A DNA stretch of 64,000 nt from the human T2T-CHM13v2.0 reference genome, Homo sapiens (GCF_009914755.1 NC_060926.1); one strand, 5' to 3'; shown: positions 13,612-26,486, numbered from the stretch's first letter. Notes: generated from the letters alone by a model not told the origin. A program made the numbers and translations.

Positions 13612-13896
13612 GGCCAGGCGCCATGGTTCACACCTGTAATCCCAGCACTTTGGGAGGCTGAGGCAGGTGGATCACTTGAGGTCAGGAGTTCAAGAGTTCA
13701 AGACCAGCCAACATGGTGAAACCCCATCTCTACTAAAAAAAAAAAAAAGTTAGCTGGGTGTGGTGGTGTAATCCTGGCTACTTGGGAGGCTGAGGCATAA
13801 GAATTACTTGAACCCTAAGAGGTGGAGGTCGCAGTGAGCCAAGATCATGCCACTGGACTCCAGCCTGGGTGACAGAGTGTGACCCTGAAAAAAAAA
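13612..13896 (+). mobile_element. AluS inserted in a MIR
   Basis: GGCCAGGCGCCATGG...GGTGACAGAGTGTGACCC; internal duplication GAGTTCAA x2; MIR sequence on both sides. Confidence 0.9.
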
Positions 13897-14402
13897 GGAA
13901 GGCAGGAAGGAAGGGAGGGAGGGAAAGAAAGAGAAAGAAAGAAAGAAGAAAGAAAGAAAGAAGAAAGAAAAGAAAAAAAAAGAAGAGTGGGAGGGAGGGA
14001 GGGAGGAAGGAAGGAAAGAAAGAGAAAGGAAGGAAGAAGGAAGGAAAGAAGGAAGGAAGAAAGAAAAGGAAGGAAGAAAGAAAAGGAAGAAGGAAGGAAG
14101 AAAAGAAGAGAGGGAGGGAGGAAGGAAGGTAGGAAAGAGGAAGGAAAGGAAGAAGGAAGGAAAGAAGGAAGAAAGAGAAAGAAAAAGAAGAGGGAGGGAG
14201 GGAAAGAAGGAAGGAAGGAAAGAGAAAGGAAAGGAAGAAGGAAGGAAAGAAGGAAGCAAGAAAGAGAAAGAAAAAGAAAAGAAAGGAGGGAGGGAGGGAA
14301 AGAAAGAAGGAAGGAAGGAGAAAGAAGAGAGAAAGAGAAAAAGAAAAAGAAGGAAAGGAAGGAGGGAAGGGGAAGGAAGAGAAAGAAAGAAAAGAGAGAA
14401 AA
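13888..14402 (+). repeat. About 515-nt polypurine (GGAA/GAAA/GGGA) compound repeat grown from the Alu tail
   Basis: Almost only A and G; I count four pyrimidines. Confidence 0.95.
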
Positions 14403-15071
14403 TTGAGGCTCTGAGCAATTGGGTGGACCCAAATCCCATTAGGGGATTTGAAGTCTGATTTATCTGACCCTAGAGCCCACGGTGATATGGTGAAGCTACA
14501 ACCAGAGGAGAGGGGGAAATCACCCCTGGAGCACCTGGGGAAGCTTCCCCAAGCAGGGTAAGTTCAGCTTTGCAGTACAGAATGAGCAGAAGTCACTGGG
14601 TGAATGAGACCCCCTTACTCTCTGCATTTGCACACAGGTCCTATTTCAGCTTTACACACCTCTTAGTGTTAGGAAATCCTTACCTCCCAAAGATGAGGTA
14701 CTAAACTCCATAGGGCTTAGTGCTTCTGATACCCCAAACCTGACCTTCCTACGGATTCTCTGTGCTAATGAAAAGGCAGCTTATTGCCGTAGCAGACACA
14801 GCATATTTAGGGCCCCAGACCCAGGTATGTCCTGGCCTGGGGCTGCAGGGTCTTTTTGCATTTTATTTGTTTTTTTTAATAGTCAAAAGCACATCCTGTA
14901 TGTGTAGATACCTTTATTAGTGCTTTACGTGGAGTAACTTAGCTAATTCTCAAATTGAGTGAATACTATTATTAGTCTTACTTTACACAAGAAGGAAACT
15001 GAGGCCAGAAAGATTAAATAATTTGCCAAAGTTTAAGTGAGTTTAAGTGCTAAAAAATGGCAGAGCCATAC

Positions 15072-15366
<295 letters not shown>

Positions 15367-15371
15367 TCATG

Positions 15372-17533
15372 CTTTTTTTTTTTAAACTTTTATTCTAGGT
15401 TCAGGGTTACATTTGCAGGTTTGTCATATAGGTTATTTGTGTGTTATGGGGGTTTGGTTTACAGCTAATTTCATCACCCAGCTAATAGCATAGTCCTCAA
15501 TAGGTAGTTTTTTTATCCTCACCTCCTCCCATCCTCAAGTAGGCCCCAGTGTCTGTTGTTCCCTTCTTTGTGTCTGTGCGTACTCAATGTTTAGCTCCCA
15601 CTTATGAGTGAGAATGTGGTATTTGGTTTTCTGTTTCTGTGTTGGTTCGCTTAGGATAATGGCCTCCAGCTCCATCCTTGTTGCTGCAAAGGACACAATC
15701 TCATTCCTTTTTATGGCAGTGTAGAATTCCATGGTGCATATGTACCACATTTTCTTTATCCAGTCTATTATTGATGGGCATTTAGGTTGATTTTATGTCT
15801 TTGCTATTGTAAATAGTGCTGCCATGAACATACGCGTGCATGTGTCTTTATGGTAGAATGATTTATATTTATTTGGACATATAACCAATAATGAGATTTC
15901 TAGGTTGAATGGTAATTCTGTTTTAAGTTCGTTGATAAATTACCAAACTGCTTTTCACAGTGGCTGAACCAATTTACATTCCCACCAGCAGTGTATAAGT
16001 GTTCCCTTTTCTCTGCAACCTTGCCAGCATCTGTTATTTTTTTGACTTTTTAACAATAGCCATTCTGACTGGTGTAAGATGGTATCTCATTGTGATTTTA
16101 ATTTGCATTTCTCTAATGATTAGTGATGTTGAGCATTTTTTCATATGCTTGCTAGCTGCATGTATGTCTTCTTTGAAAAGTGTCTGTTCATGTCCTTTGC
16201 CCACTTTTTAACAGAATTGTTCGGTTTTTACTTGTTAATTGTTTAAGTTCCTTCTGGATGTTAGACCTTTGTTGAATGCATAGTTGGCAAATATTTTCTC
16301 CCATTCTGTAGGTTGTCTGTTTACTCTGTTGATAGTTTCTTTTGCTGTGCAAATGCTCTTTCATGTAATTAGGTCTCATTTGTCAACTTTTTTTTTTTTT
16401 TTTTTACAATTGCTTTGGCATCTTTGTCATGAAATCTGTGCCAAGGCCTATGTCCAGAATGGCATTTCCTAGGTTATCTTCCAGGGTTTTTATAGTTTTA
16501 GGTTTTATATTTAATCTTTAATCCATCTTGAGTTGATTTTTGTATATGCTGTAAGGAACGGGTCCAGTTCCAATCTTCTGCATATGGCTAGCCAGTTATT
16601 TCAGCAGCATTTATCGAATAGACAGTCTTTTCCTCATTGCTTGTTTTTGTCATCTTTGTCGAAGATCAGGTGATCAGAGGTGTGTGGCCTTCTTTCTGGG
16701 CTCTCTATTCTGTTCCATTGGTCTATATGTCTGTTTTTGTACCAGTACCATGCTGCTTTGGTTACTGTAGCCTTGTAGTGTCATTTGAAGTTAAATAATG
16801 TGATGCCTTCAGCTTTGTTCATTTTGCTTAGGATTGCCTTAGCTATTCAGGCTCTCTTTGGTTCCGTATGAATTTTAAACTAGTTTTTTTTTTTCTAATT
16901 CTGTGAAGAATGTCATTGGTAGTTTCATAGGAATAGCGTTGAATCTGTAAATTGCTTTGGGTAATATGGCCATTTTAACACTATCAATTCTTTCAATCCA
17001 TTAGCATGGAATGTTTTTCCAATTGTTTGTGTCATCTCTGATTTCTTTGAGCAGCGTTTTGTAATTCTTATTGTAGAGATCTTTCACCTTCCTGGTTAGC
17101 TGTATTCCTTTTTGTGGCATCACGTTTTGTGGCATAACATGTGAACGTTAGCTTTATTCTTTTTGTGGCAATTGTGAATAGAACTGCCTTTCTGATTTGG
17201 CTCTCAGTTTGAACGTTGCTGGTGTATAGATGCTACTGATTTTTGTACATCAATTTTCTATCCTGAAACTTTGCTGAAGTTGTTTATCAGCTCTAAGAGC
17301 TTTTGGGTAGATCCTACGAGGTTTTATATATCTAGAATTATGTTATCTGCAAACAGAGATAATTTGACTTCTGCCCTTTCTATTTGGATGCCTTTTATTT
17401 CTTTCTCTTGCCTGATTGCTGTGGCTAGGATTTCCAGTACTATGCTGAATATAAGTGGTGAGAGTGGCATCCTTGTCTTGTTCTGGTTCTCAGGGGGAAT
17501 GGTTTCAGCTTTTGCCCACTCAGTATGAAGTTG
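15372..17533 (-). mobile_element. 5'-truncated primate L1 (old L1PA/L1PB), ORF2 C-terminus and 3' UTR
   Basis: Poly-T at about 15373; minus-strand ORF MWYICTMEFYTAIKRNEI matches the L1 ORF2 C-terminus; AGAGCCATA flanks at 15062-15070 and 17534-17542. Confidence 0.92.
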
Positions 17534-20500
17534 AGAGCCATATCTTAAACCCAGAGACTATGTCCAAACTCATGCTCCAAACCATTCTGCCATATGAAAA
17601 TTGAGTTGTGTTGGCTTCTGCCCTCTCTGCTTCAGAAAATAGCAGAGTCCTCCTTAATGGGATGAGCACAGTTTGGCTCTAACTTGTAATTTTCCAACTA
17701 TCTGAATTTGGGTAAGTCCTCACTTCCCAAGCCTCAGTTTCCAGGTGTCCATAGACATGCTTTGCTGAGCTGCCCCGTGGTTAGTGTTAGCTGGAGGGGA
17801 CCTTCTCATGGCGGTGGAAGTCAGCCACCAGGACCAGACCCTTCTTTTCCTATTAGTCTTTCTGAGATTTCCTGCTGTTTCCCCCTGTTGTCCAGCTGAG
17901 AGAAGTGAGGTGGGATTTGGTTAAATTACTCACCCCAGTCCCCTTTGGTGAGTCAAGGAGAGGCTGGAACTGGAGTTGGCAGAACTCTGCTCTTGGCGTG
18001 CAGCTGTGACATTCCCAGTGGCCAGTGCTTCATGCTTACACATGTTCTGCATTTCAGCCTCTAATCGCAGTATGTAAGGGGAGAATCAAACTGACCTCCT
18101 TTGAACGTGTTGAAAACCCTTCACCTGCCCTTGTGGGAACACTGCCTGAGAGCCGAACTCTGCTGGCTCTGATTAGTCATGTGACGCAGGCCTGGCAGTT
18201 TCGCTTCGTTTCCCACTTTCTTGCTTTAAGGATTGGGTGGGGTCAACCAAATTCTTCAGACTGTTGATATTTAGTTCTGCTTTCACATTGCCTCTTTTCT
18301 CCATATTCAAGCAAACCTAGATTGAATTTCTAAAATCCTGAGAGAATAATAGGGGAAACAGCCCTGGATCTTGCATTTCTGCCTTACAGTGGAGAGGGGG
18401 CATTCTAAGAGATGGGACAGGTCCCTTGTCATGGAAGGGGAGCTGCTGGCTTTGGTGTGGTTGGAATCTCATGGTCAGGGCTCTGTGATCTTGGACTTTA
18501 CCACTGGGAGCCTCAGTTTCCTTCTCTCTTAAGGCCCAGAACATGGTAGATATTCAATAAAACTTGATTCTCTTTCCTTTCCCTTTTGCTGGTTGTAGTA
18601 ACAGATCACACTGAAAGATCCGAACTCTTTCCCCTTCCCTTCTCCCCCTCTGCCTCCAGGACCCATTAGACATGGGAGCTGCCTGGTTGGGGTTCCTTGG
18701 GTGTGGCTTGGGACCATGGAAGAAAGCCATCTTCTCGGCCACTGCTGACACCAAAGCATGGGGGTCTACAGGTCTGGGACCAGAACACACCACAGGGTCT
18801 CCACTGCCCCTCCACTTGGGAGAGCTGGAACTCAAGCCCAGCTGCTGGCCTTGGCCCTGCACAACCACATTCTTTACAAGGACCTCCTGCAGTGTCTCCT
18901 GGCCCTTGTGTTACCTGAGCCCAGATGCCCATGGCCAGGGCCGGTGCCCTCCATCTTGGCTCCTTTGAAACCAACACTAGAAGGTGCCACTCTCGTGTCA
19001 CCGTGCCCTCAGGGCCAGTCTCCACAGCAGGACTTTGTCTTCCCACATCAGTGGAGACCCTTCTCATCTCTGCCCCCAGCTGCCCTGTTTCTCCTCAGTG
19101 CGTTCCAGAATTTCACAAAGAAGAACAGAAACAGCCAAAGCAGGGTGAAAAAAATATCTACAAAATTGGAGCGCAGTGAAGTCTCGAAAAAGCTCTGCAA
19201 CCTAGCACAATGATAAGGTTATCAGCAAACATGCACTGATCCCTCCTTTCACGTTAGACGCAGAGCTGCTCTTTGCTGCTTGGAGATGTAATCCATCCGG
19301 GCAGCGACTGAGCGATTATATTTAATGATTGCATAGGGAACGCTGAAGCAATTCCAAGTGTTTGTAAATTTTTTCAGAAAGTGATGTGAGGCAGAGCCCT
19401 CTGCTTATTCAGTAGACTTTGTCCCAGGACTAACTCCTCAGGGACATTCAACACCACCTCATTTATCTGGCATCAGCCAACCCTTGGAACAGAGCCAAGG
19501 CCTGAAATAAACAAAACAGATCTCTGGGAATCACAAAGAGATGTTGCAAAGCCCACGTACTGGAGCTCAAGCCCTTACTCCACTCCTGAAGGAGCCTGTG
19601 GCCTCTGTTCCTGCTTGTTCCATGTGGCTTCTGGTTTCTGTGGGCTGTAGAGGAAGGGCAGAGGGATTGTGAATGTAGACAGCTAAGACCACTCAGGAGC
19701 CAGGGACCAAGGAAGATCCAGAAGAACTAAAAAAAAAAAAAAAAAAAAAAAATAGACTGAAAAATCCAAAAGCACAGTGGGCTCCTGCTCAGCCCTAGGC
19801 GGGACTCGAAGCTCGTCTGGAACAGTCCTCCAGGCAAAGTGGGCACCAGGCAAGCAGCAGACTGGTGCGAGCAGAGACAGTCATTCGGGGGTCTCCCCTC
19901 CAACCTGGATGCTGCAGAGTTACTATTCATTGGAATAACATAGATGGTGTTTGTTTAAATACCTCACAGCAACCCCCGAGACACGTACATTTCACTACAG
20001 ACCAGTAGGTCAGCTTGACTTAGATCTGATGTGGCAGAGGCCCTTTTGCTCCCTATACAATTTCTTAAGAAGCAGAACCATGAAAAATTCTGGCTGGTGC
20101 TTGGGTCATGAATAGCTGAGTCCAGCTGGCTGGGATTGCATTTGTGGGCAGGACAGGGTCGAGCTGAGCTTCACCATAATGCCAAGTGACTTGTGGGTAG
20201 GGTGGAAGAAGTTCAGGCATGGTCCATACTCAGAGGGTCCAAGGCTGGATCTGGCAAACCTCCCAAGAAGGATCTGTCTGGGGTCCAAGTGTCAGTAAGG
20301 CCCCCTAGTAGAAGGGCCTTCTCAGTGGTTACTGTGACAACTTTATCAGCCAGACTCTTTGCTCAAGAGTCTCATTTTTCCCGGGCATCAACTGGTTTCT
20401 GACCAACTCCCTTTCTATTTTATTGGTCAGAGATCTCTTTCTCTGGAAGGGTTGAGAGCCATCAAGAAAAAACCCCAAAGTTCTGGGGCTCTGGATTAAA

Positions 20501-21050
20501 GCCTAGGCTTCCCCTTTCCTCTGCTGTTACTTTCTGAGAATTCTGCTGACCCTAACCTATTTGGCTATAGGGATTTACAAAGACAGACGATAAAAATCAC
20601 CTTGTGATTATAAATGATTCAACTTTGAAAGAACCTTGCTCCAAGATTAGAGGAATCAGCTCTTATTTTTTTTTAAAAAAATCATTTTTGACTCCCTGAC
20701 ATTCTCTTGAGTCCCTGCTATGAAGAAGCACTAGGGACATGTATAGATGCTGCCACCTTTAATCCTCCAATAGTCCTGTGAGTAGGAGTTATTATCCTTA
20801 TAGTTTTCCCATGGAAGGACGAACAAGGCCAGAAGTGAGATGTTATTTCTCCAAATCTACTGAAAGACAGAGGCAAAGGTTCTACAGGCCTTCCAAACTA
20901 AGGCTATTATCCCTAATTCAGGACCTTGTCCCCTTTTTTGGCAGGTGATAACTTTCTTCCCTGGCCCTCTGGGTTCCATGTTAATGAATGTTCTACACTT
21001 AACCCTCATTTAACATAAGTCCTTGGCTTTTAAACAATCCTCTGTCTTTT

Positions 21051-21224
21051 TTTTATTTTTATTTTTATTTTATGTTATTTTATTATTATTATACTTTAAG
21101 TTTTAGGGTACATGTGCACAATGTGCAGGTTAGTTACATATGTACACATGTGCCATGCTGGGATAGCATTAGGAGATATACCTAATGCTAAATGACGAGT
21201 TAATGGGTGCAGCACACCAGCATG
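21051..21224 (-). mobile_element. Young (L1PA2/3-like) mini L1 with 5' inversion
   Basis: Antisense L1 3' terminus TATACTTTAAGTTTTAGGGTACATGTGCAC, followed by sense GGATAGCATTAGGAGATATACC...CACCAGCATG; TSD TGTCTTTT. Confidence 0.9.
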
Positions 21225-23503
21225 TCTTTTGATGTTAATTTGTGGTTACTGGAAAAAATCGCTCCCCAGTGAGAAAGTCCGTATGTCATCTTTGTGAGTG
21301 TCCTAGGTTAGTAGGTCCTATCTTGTCAGGCAAATTAGAGGGGGAAAGTAGCCAGCAGTAAAACTGACCTTCATCACTGATAAGGAAAAGAGAGATTGCT
21401 AAAATGACCCAGGGATAATCCATTTTATTTGGCAACATTCCTTTGAGGGTCTCAGCCCAAAATTTTTAACGGCATAAACAAGGCAATTATAAATTTCATA
21501 AGGAATGGATAGCGGCCAGACATATTAGAGAATAATGGACAGAACTGGCATAGATCCTGGGCCAATTTGCCAAATTTTGATCCACGGTATGTTGTTTAAC
21601 TTTCTCATTTTACTCTCCCTTGGGCCAGTTCAGTCCAGAAGGATTCACCCCATATCCCAGCAAGGAAACAAGAAGGTTGGTGGCAGGGAGATGAAGTTTT
21701 ACAAGTTGACTTCTGAATTTGTGATCATCTTACATCTTAGTTAAGATTATTTTGGATGCAAATAAAAGAGATCAATTATAAACTTTCTCCAGCAAGAATG
21801 AAGAATCAATCTTAAGGAGGAAGGGTGGGGGGTGGAGAGAGAGAGAGAGAGAGAGAGAGGGAAGTTCTGGAATTTAGCTCTCATGAGAACCAGGGACTGG
21901 GAAGGGGTCTGGAGTCCCCGAATCTGTGCTAGAGGGTCTCTCTCTCTCTCATAGTCTGAGCCTTTGCACCTCTTGGTGTCTGCCCATTCTTGCTCTTCTC
22001 TGCATTTGTGACTGTCCATTTGGAATTTATAGCATCTCTTTTCCAGCCACACTCTGAGATGGTGTTTCTCAGATCAAATGCTGAATCTGCATCTCAGTTG
22101 AGTCAGAGTCCTCTCCAACTCAGCCACTTCTGGTTAGGGAATGGGGTCACGTGTTATGAACGTGCCAGCGGACGTCCCATCTCTGTAGGTGCTAAGACAG
22201 TTCCCAAAAAATAGCAGCTGAGTAGATATCTATTATAAAGTGTGTGGTAGTTTTGAAAATATTTTCTAATACTTTGAAGCTGGTGTATAGAAATGGAGTT
22301 TAATTTTGTATGTTGATCTTATAATCAACAACCTAGTTAAAGTGCCATATTAATTCTAACGATCTGTTTGTAGTTCTTTTGGGTTTCCTATGAAGATAGT
22401 CCTATCACCTGAGAAAAATGATAGCTTTGTTTCTTCCTTTCCAATCATTTACATTTGTTTCTTTGCCTATATTATACAAGTGGCAAGAGTTTCCAATGCC
22501 ATGGTTAATTAAAGGAAGTGGTTCATAACAGGCACCTGTATTTTATCCTTGGCTTTAAAAGAAATGTGTTTACTATTTCACCATTAAGGATATTATTCGG
22601 TGTGGGACTTGTGCAGATATTCTCTATTATGTTAAGGAAAAGCCTGTTTTACTCTTCCTTTATAAACAGTTTTGTGCATGTGTGCATTTATTGAGTGGTT
22701 TTAAAATTAAATATATTCATTTTATGGAATTATTTATCTGCATTTATTTTATTGAGATGATTGCACATTTTCTTCCTTTTAATCTGTTAATGTGATGAAT
22801 TTACATTAACAGATTTTCTAATGTTAACAAATCTTGAGTTTCAGGATCTATACAACTCAGTCATGATGTATGTGTGTGTATTTAAAAAGCTGCTGATTTC
22901 ATTTGGTAATATTTGTTTAGGGTTTTCTGCTCTGTGATTATGAATGAGGTTGGCCTCTGCTATTCCTTTCTAGGGGTGTCCTTAACCTAGTTTGGATATC
23001 CAGGCTACATCACTCTCATTAAATGACTTGAGGGTGTTTCTTATTTTTCTGTTCTCTGGAAGAGTTTGTATAGAATTGAATTATCTGTTCCTTGACTATT
23101 TGGTACAAATATAATGATAAGGCTAAACAGACCTTGTGGTTTCTTTCTAAGAACATATAAAATGATTGGTTTTGTTTCTTTCCTTGATATAAGCTATTCA
23201 GGTTTTCTGTTCTTGAGTCTGTTTTGCTAATTTTTATTTTCCTAGTAATTTGTTCATTTCTTCTTAGTTTTAAAATTTATCAACCATAAAGTCCATGATA
23301 CCCTTTTCTCTTTTTAGCCCCTGTTGTATGGGTATTTATGCCCCTTTGCCATTCCTAATATTGTTTGTTTTCCACAGCCGCCTTGTCACTTGATCTATTT
23401 TGTATATTTTTTCAAATAATAAGTTTTTGGCTTTGTTGATCCTCTCCACTATATCTGATTTTTCTATTTCATTGATTTTTATCTTTATTACTTCTTTTCT
23501 TCT

Positions 23504-23771
23504 GAGACAAGGTTTCACTGTGTCACCCAGGCTAGAGTGCAGTAGCGTGATCGTGGCCCTTGGGCTCAAGAGATCCTCCCTCAGCCTCCCAAGTAGCGTA
23601 GCTGGTATTACAGGTGTGTGCTATCATGCCCAGCTAATTTTTAAAATTTTTGTTGAAATGGGGGTCTCACTGTGTTGTCCAGGCTAGTCTCAAACTCCTG
23701 GGCTAAAATGATCCTCCTGCTTCAGCCTCCCAAAATGTTGGGATTACAGGAGTGAGCCACCATGCCTGGCC
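23504..23771 (-). mobile_element. AluJ with no A-tail
   Basis: Antisense AluJ; TSD ATTACTTCTTTTCTTCT (23487-23503) / ATTACTTATTTTCTTCT (23772-23788). Confidence 0.88.
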
Positions 23772-24049
23772 ATTACTTATTTTCTTCTACTTTCTTTGGG
23801 TTTATTCTCCTGCTCCTCCTATAGTATCTTAATTTGAATGTTATCTTCTCCATTTCTCTTTTTCTATTATAAACACTTAAAATGATAACTTTTCTTTTTA
23901 AATGCTGCTTTGGTCATATCAACCATGATTTGATATATAAGATTTTCAGTTTATTGATTCTAAATTTATTTTAATTTCCATAGTGACTTTATTTGACCTA
24001 TGAATTAGTTGATTATGTTTTTCAGTTTCTAATGTCTGGTGTTTAAAAA

Positions 24050-24290
24050 ATATAGCCAACATTTGTTGAATTCTTACTATATGTCAAGTATCTGTCTTCA
24101 CGCTCTACATTCATTAACATAAATTCTCACAATGGCCCTATAGAGAAGGACTGTTCTGATCCCAATATTATGTATGTGAAAAATGGGACACTGGGAGTTT
24201 AAGCAAGTTACCCAAGATCACACAGCTCCTGAATTGGCGGAGCTGAGATTCAAATCCAGGCTGTTTGACTAGGGAGTATAACTACCATAC
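24050..24290. mobile_element. MIR
   Basis: TTAAGCAAGTTACCCAAGATCACACAGC...GAGATTCAAATCCAGGCTGTTTGACT. Confidence 0.7.
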
Positions 24291-24656
24291 ACTAGTGGCT
24301 TTTTTTTTAGTCACAGTTCTTGTTGTTGTTATTATCATTATAATTACTTTTATACATATATATATATATATTTCAATTAATTCCATCGTAGAGAAAATGG
24401 CCCGTGTCATAAAGATCTTTTGAAATTTTTTTATGGCCTGCTCTGTGGTCTAGAGGCTGGTCAGTTTCCATGTATGCCTCAGAGGAGTGCGTCTTCTGCA
24501 ATTGGATGCAGGGTTTCAAAGGAGACCAATAGATCAAGCTTCTTAGTGGCATTATTCAAATATGCCCTATTCTTACTGAGGTTTTGGCCTGTCTGATCTA
24601 TCAATTATTGAGAGATGTGTGCTGAAATCTCCCACTGTTGATAGTGGATTTGTCAG

Positions 24657-25026
24657 TGTATTCGTCCATTTTTACACTGCTATAAAGAACTACCTGAGAC
24701 TGGATAATTTATGAAAAAAAAAGAGGCTTAATTAACTCACAGTTCCACAGGCTGTAGAGGAAGCATGGGTGGGTGTCCTCAGGAAACTTACAATCATGGC
24801 AGAAGGTGAAGGGGAAGCAATTATGTCTTACCATGGCAGAGCAGGAGAGAGAGAGAGAAGTCGGGGGGAGCCACACACTTTTAAATGATCAGATCTCGTG
24901 AGAACTCACGCATTATCATGAGAACAACAAGGGGGAAATCCACCCCATGATCCAGTCACTTCCCACCAGACCGCTGCTCCAGTTGGACATGAGATTTGAG
25001 TGGGGACACAGATCCAAACTATGTCA
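24657..25026 (-). mobile_element. Solo MaLR LTR (THE1D/MSTA-like)
   Basis: TGTATTCGTCCATTTTTACACTGCTATAAAGAACTACCTGAGACTGG...GGGGACACAGATCCAAACTATGTCA. Confidence 0.9.
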
Positions 25027-26449
25027 GTGTCTCTTTGTAATTCTATCAATTTCAGTCTCATTATTTTGACATTGCATTATTAGATGTTTGTAAGTTTTAA
25101 ATTATATTTTCCTAGCGAATTGAGTATTTGACCTTTATGTAGTTGACTCCCTTTATCAATAGCAATGCCTTAAAATGTATTTTGTCTAATATTAACATAA
25201 GGACAAAAGCCTCCATTTGATTGGCATTTACCTGTTATATGCTTATAGTTTCAACTTTTCTGTGTTATTGTGTTTATGTGTCTTATAAACAACATTTGCC
25301 TATTTTTAAAACTGAATCTACCTTGACAATCTCATTTTTATCTGTTTAGTCCCAGTAGTTATTGTCATCACTGATATATTTGAATTTATGTTTTCCATCT
25401 CTTATTTTCTATTTGTTGAGTCTTATCTCTGCTTGTTTGGACTTACAACCTTCAGCTTTATGGTGTTTATTTTCCCTTTTCCATTTTTCCCTTTTATGTT
25501 TTCACTCTACTTATGCTTATTTTGTGGCCACCCTAGCAATTTTAACATGCACATTTAACTTACGAAGTCTGAAGTGAATTATTAGCATTCTTTTCTCCCA
25601 ATAATAGAAGAGCTTAGATTGCTTTAACTAATCATGAGCTCCCACCCTCTAAACTATTGTTGTCCACTGCTCCAGTACTGTGTTTTCTGATCCCACAAAT
25701 TAGCCATCATGTTTATTATTCTATGGAATCATTTTTTCTTTAGAGTTACCACCTTTTACCAATTTCTTTGCTCACAATTCCTTCTTGCATCTCTGTAGTC
25801 ATTTCCTGGTTTCTGGGGTACTTTCTTCTAAACACCATTTAGTGTGGGTCTGTAGTTTTTGTCTGAATCTGTCTGTTCCATCCCAGTCTATAGAGGTTAC
25901 ATATTGTTCAGTATAGAATTCATTGTTGATAGTTATTATCTCTTAGCACTTTGAAGTTTTGCTTATCTGGATTTCCTTATTGCTGAGGAATCAGCTATCT
26001 AATAGTAATTTTTCATGGCAATCTGTTTTTTCTTTCTGTTTCTTTTTAAGTATTTTATTTGTTGTCATGACCTATGGTTTCACTATAATATGTATAAATA
26101 TAAATTTGGTTGTATTTTTCCTATTTGGATTCATTTGAGGTTAGTAAGTACGTGGATTTGTGTCACTAACAATTCTGTAACATTTTAGGCCACTCATTTT
26201 GAATATTGTTTTCCATGTTCTTTGCATTATCTCCTTCTAGGCGTATTAGGCTGATATCAATATCTGCTGCCTCTGCAGTTTTGATTCTGTTGATTTTTTA
26301 ATCTTCTGCTTGTCTTTTATTTGCCCTTGTGTTTTGTGAGCAGCCTGTGAATAAGTAGGTGGATGGTGCAGTGCTGACTGCCTCTTTCATTCTCAGCCCT
26401 CAGCAAGCCCTTCACTGTCTGCCTCCATCCCCCACCCCCAGCTAGTCCA

Positions 26450-26451
<2 letters not shown>

Positions 26452-26486
<35 letters not shown>
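26452..26486 (+). repeat. (CT)n microsatellite
   Basis: Direct reading. Confidence 0.9.

Larger units (their letters stand above)
22260..26330 (-). mobile_element. Fragmented old L1M hosting an AluJ, a MIR and a THE1/MST LTR
   Basis: T-rich antisense L1 motifs (TTTCACCATTAAG, GTTCTCTGGAAGAGTTTGTATAGAATTG, TGAAATCTCCCACT); L1-like minus-strand peptide KIKINEIEKSDIVERINKAK. Confidence 0.75.

Noticed and set aside
13804-14439. Long K/E/R/G-rich and F/L/S/P-rich ORFs (175-211 aa)
   Set aside because: Artefacts of a polypurine repeat that cannot contain stop codons, joined to Alu sequence
18529-19213. Overlapping ORFs up to 151 aa (similarly at 29546-30393, 45638-46153 and 50509-50955)
   Set aside because: No recognisable domain; expected by chance in GC-richer intron; the three ACOXL exons already join without a gap
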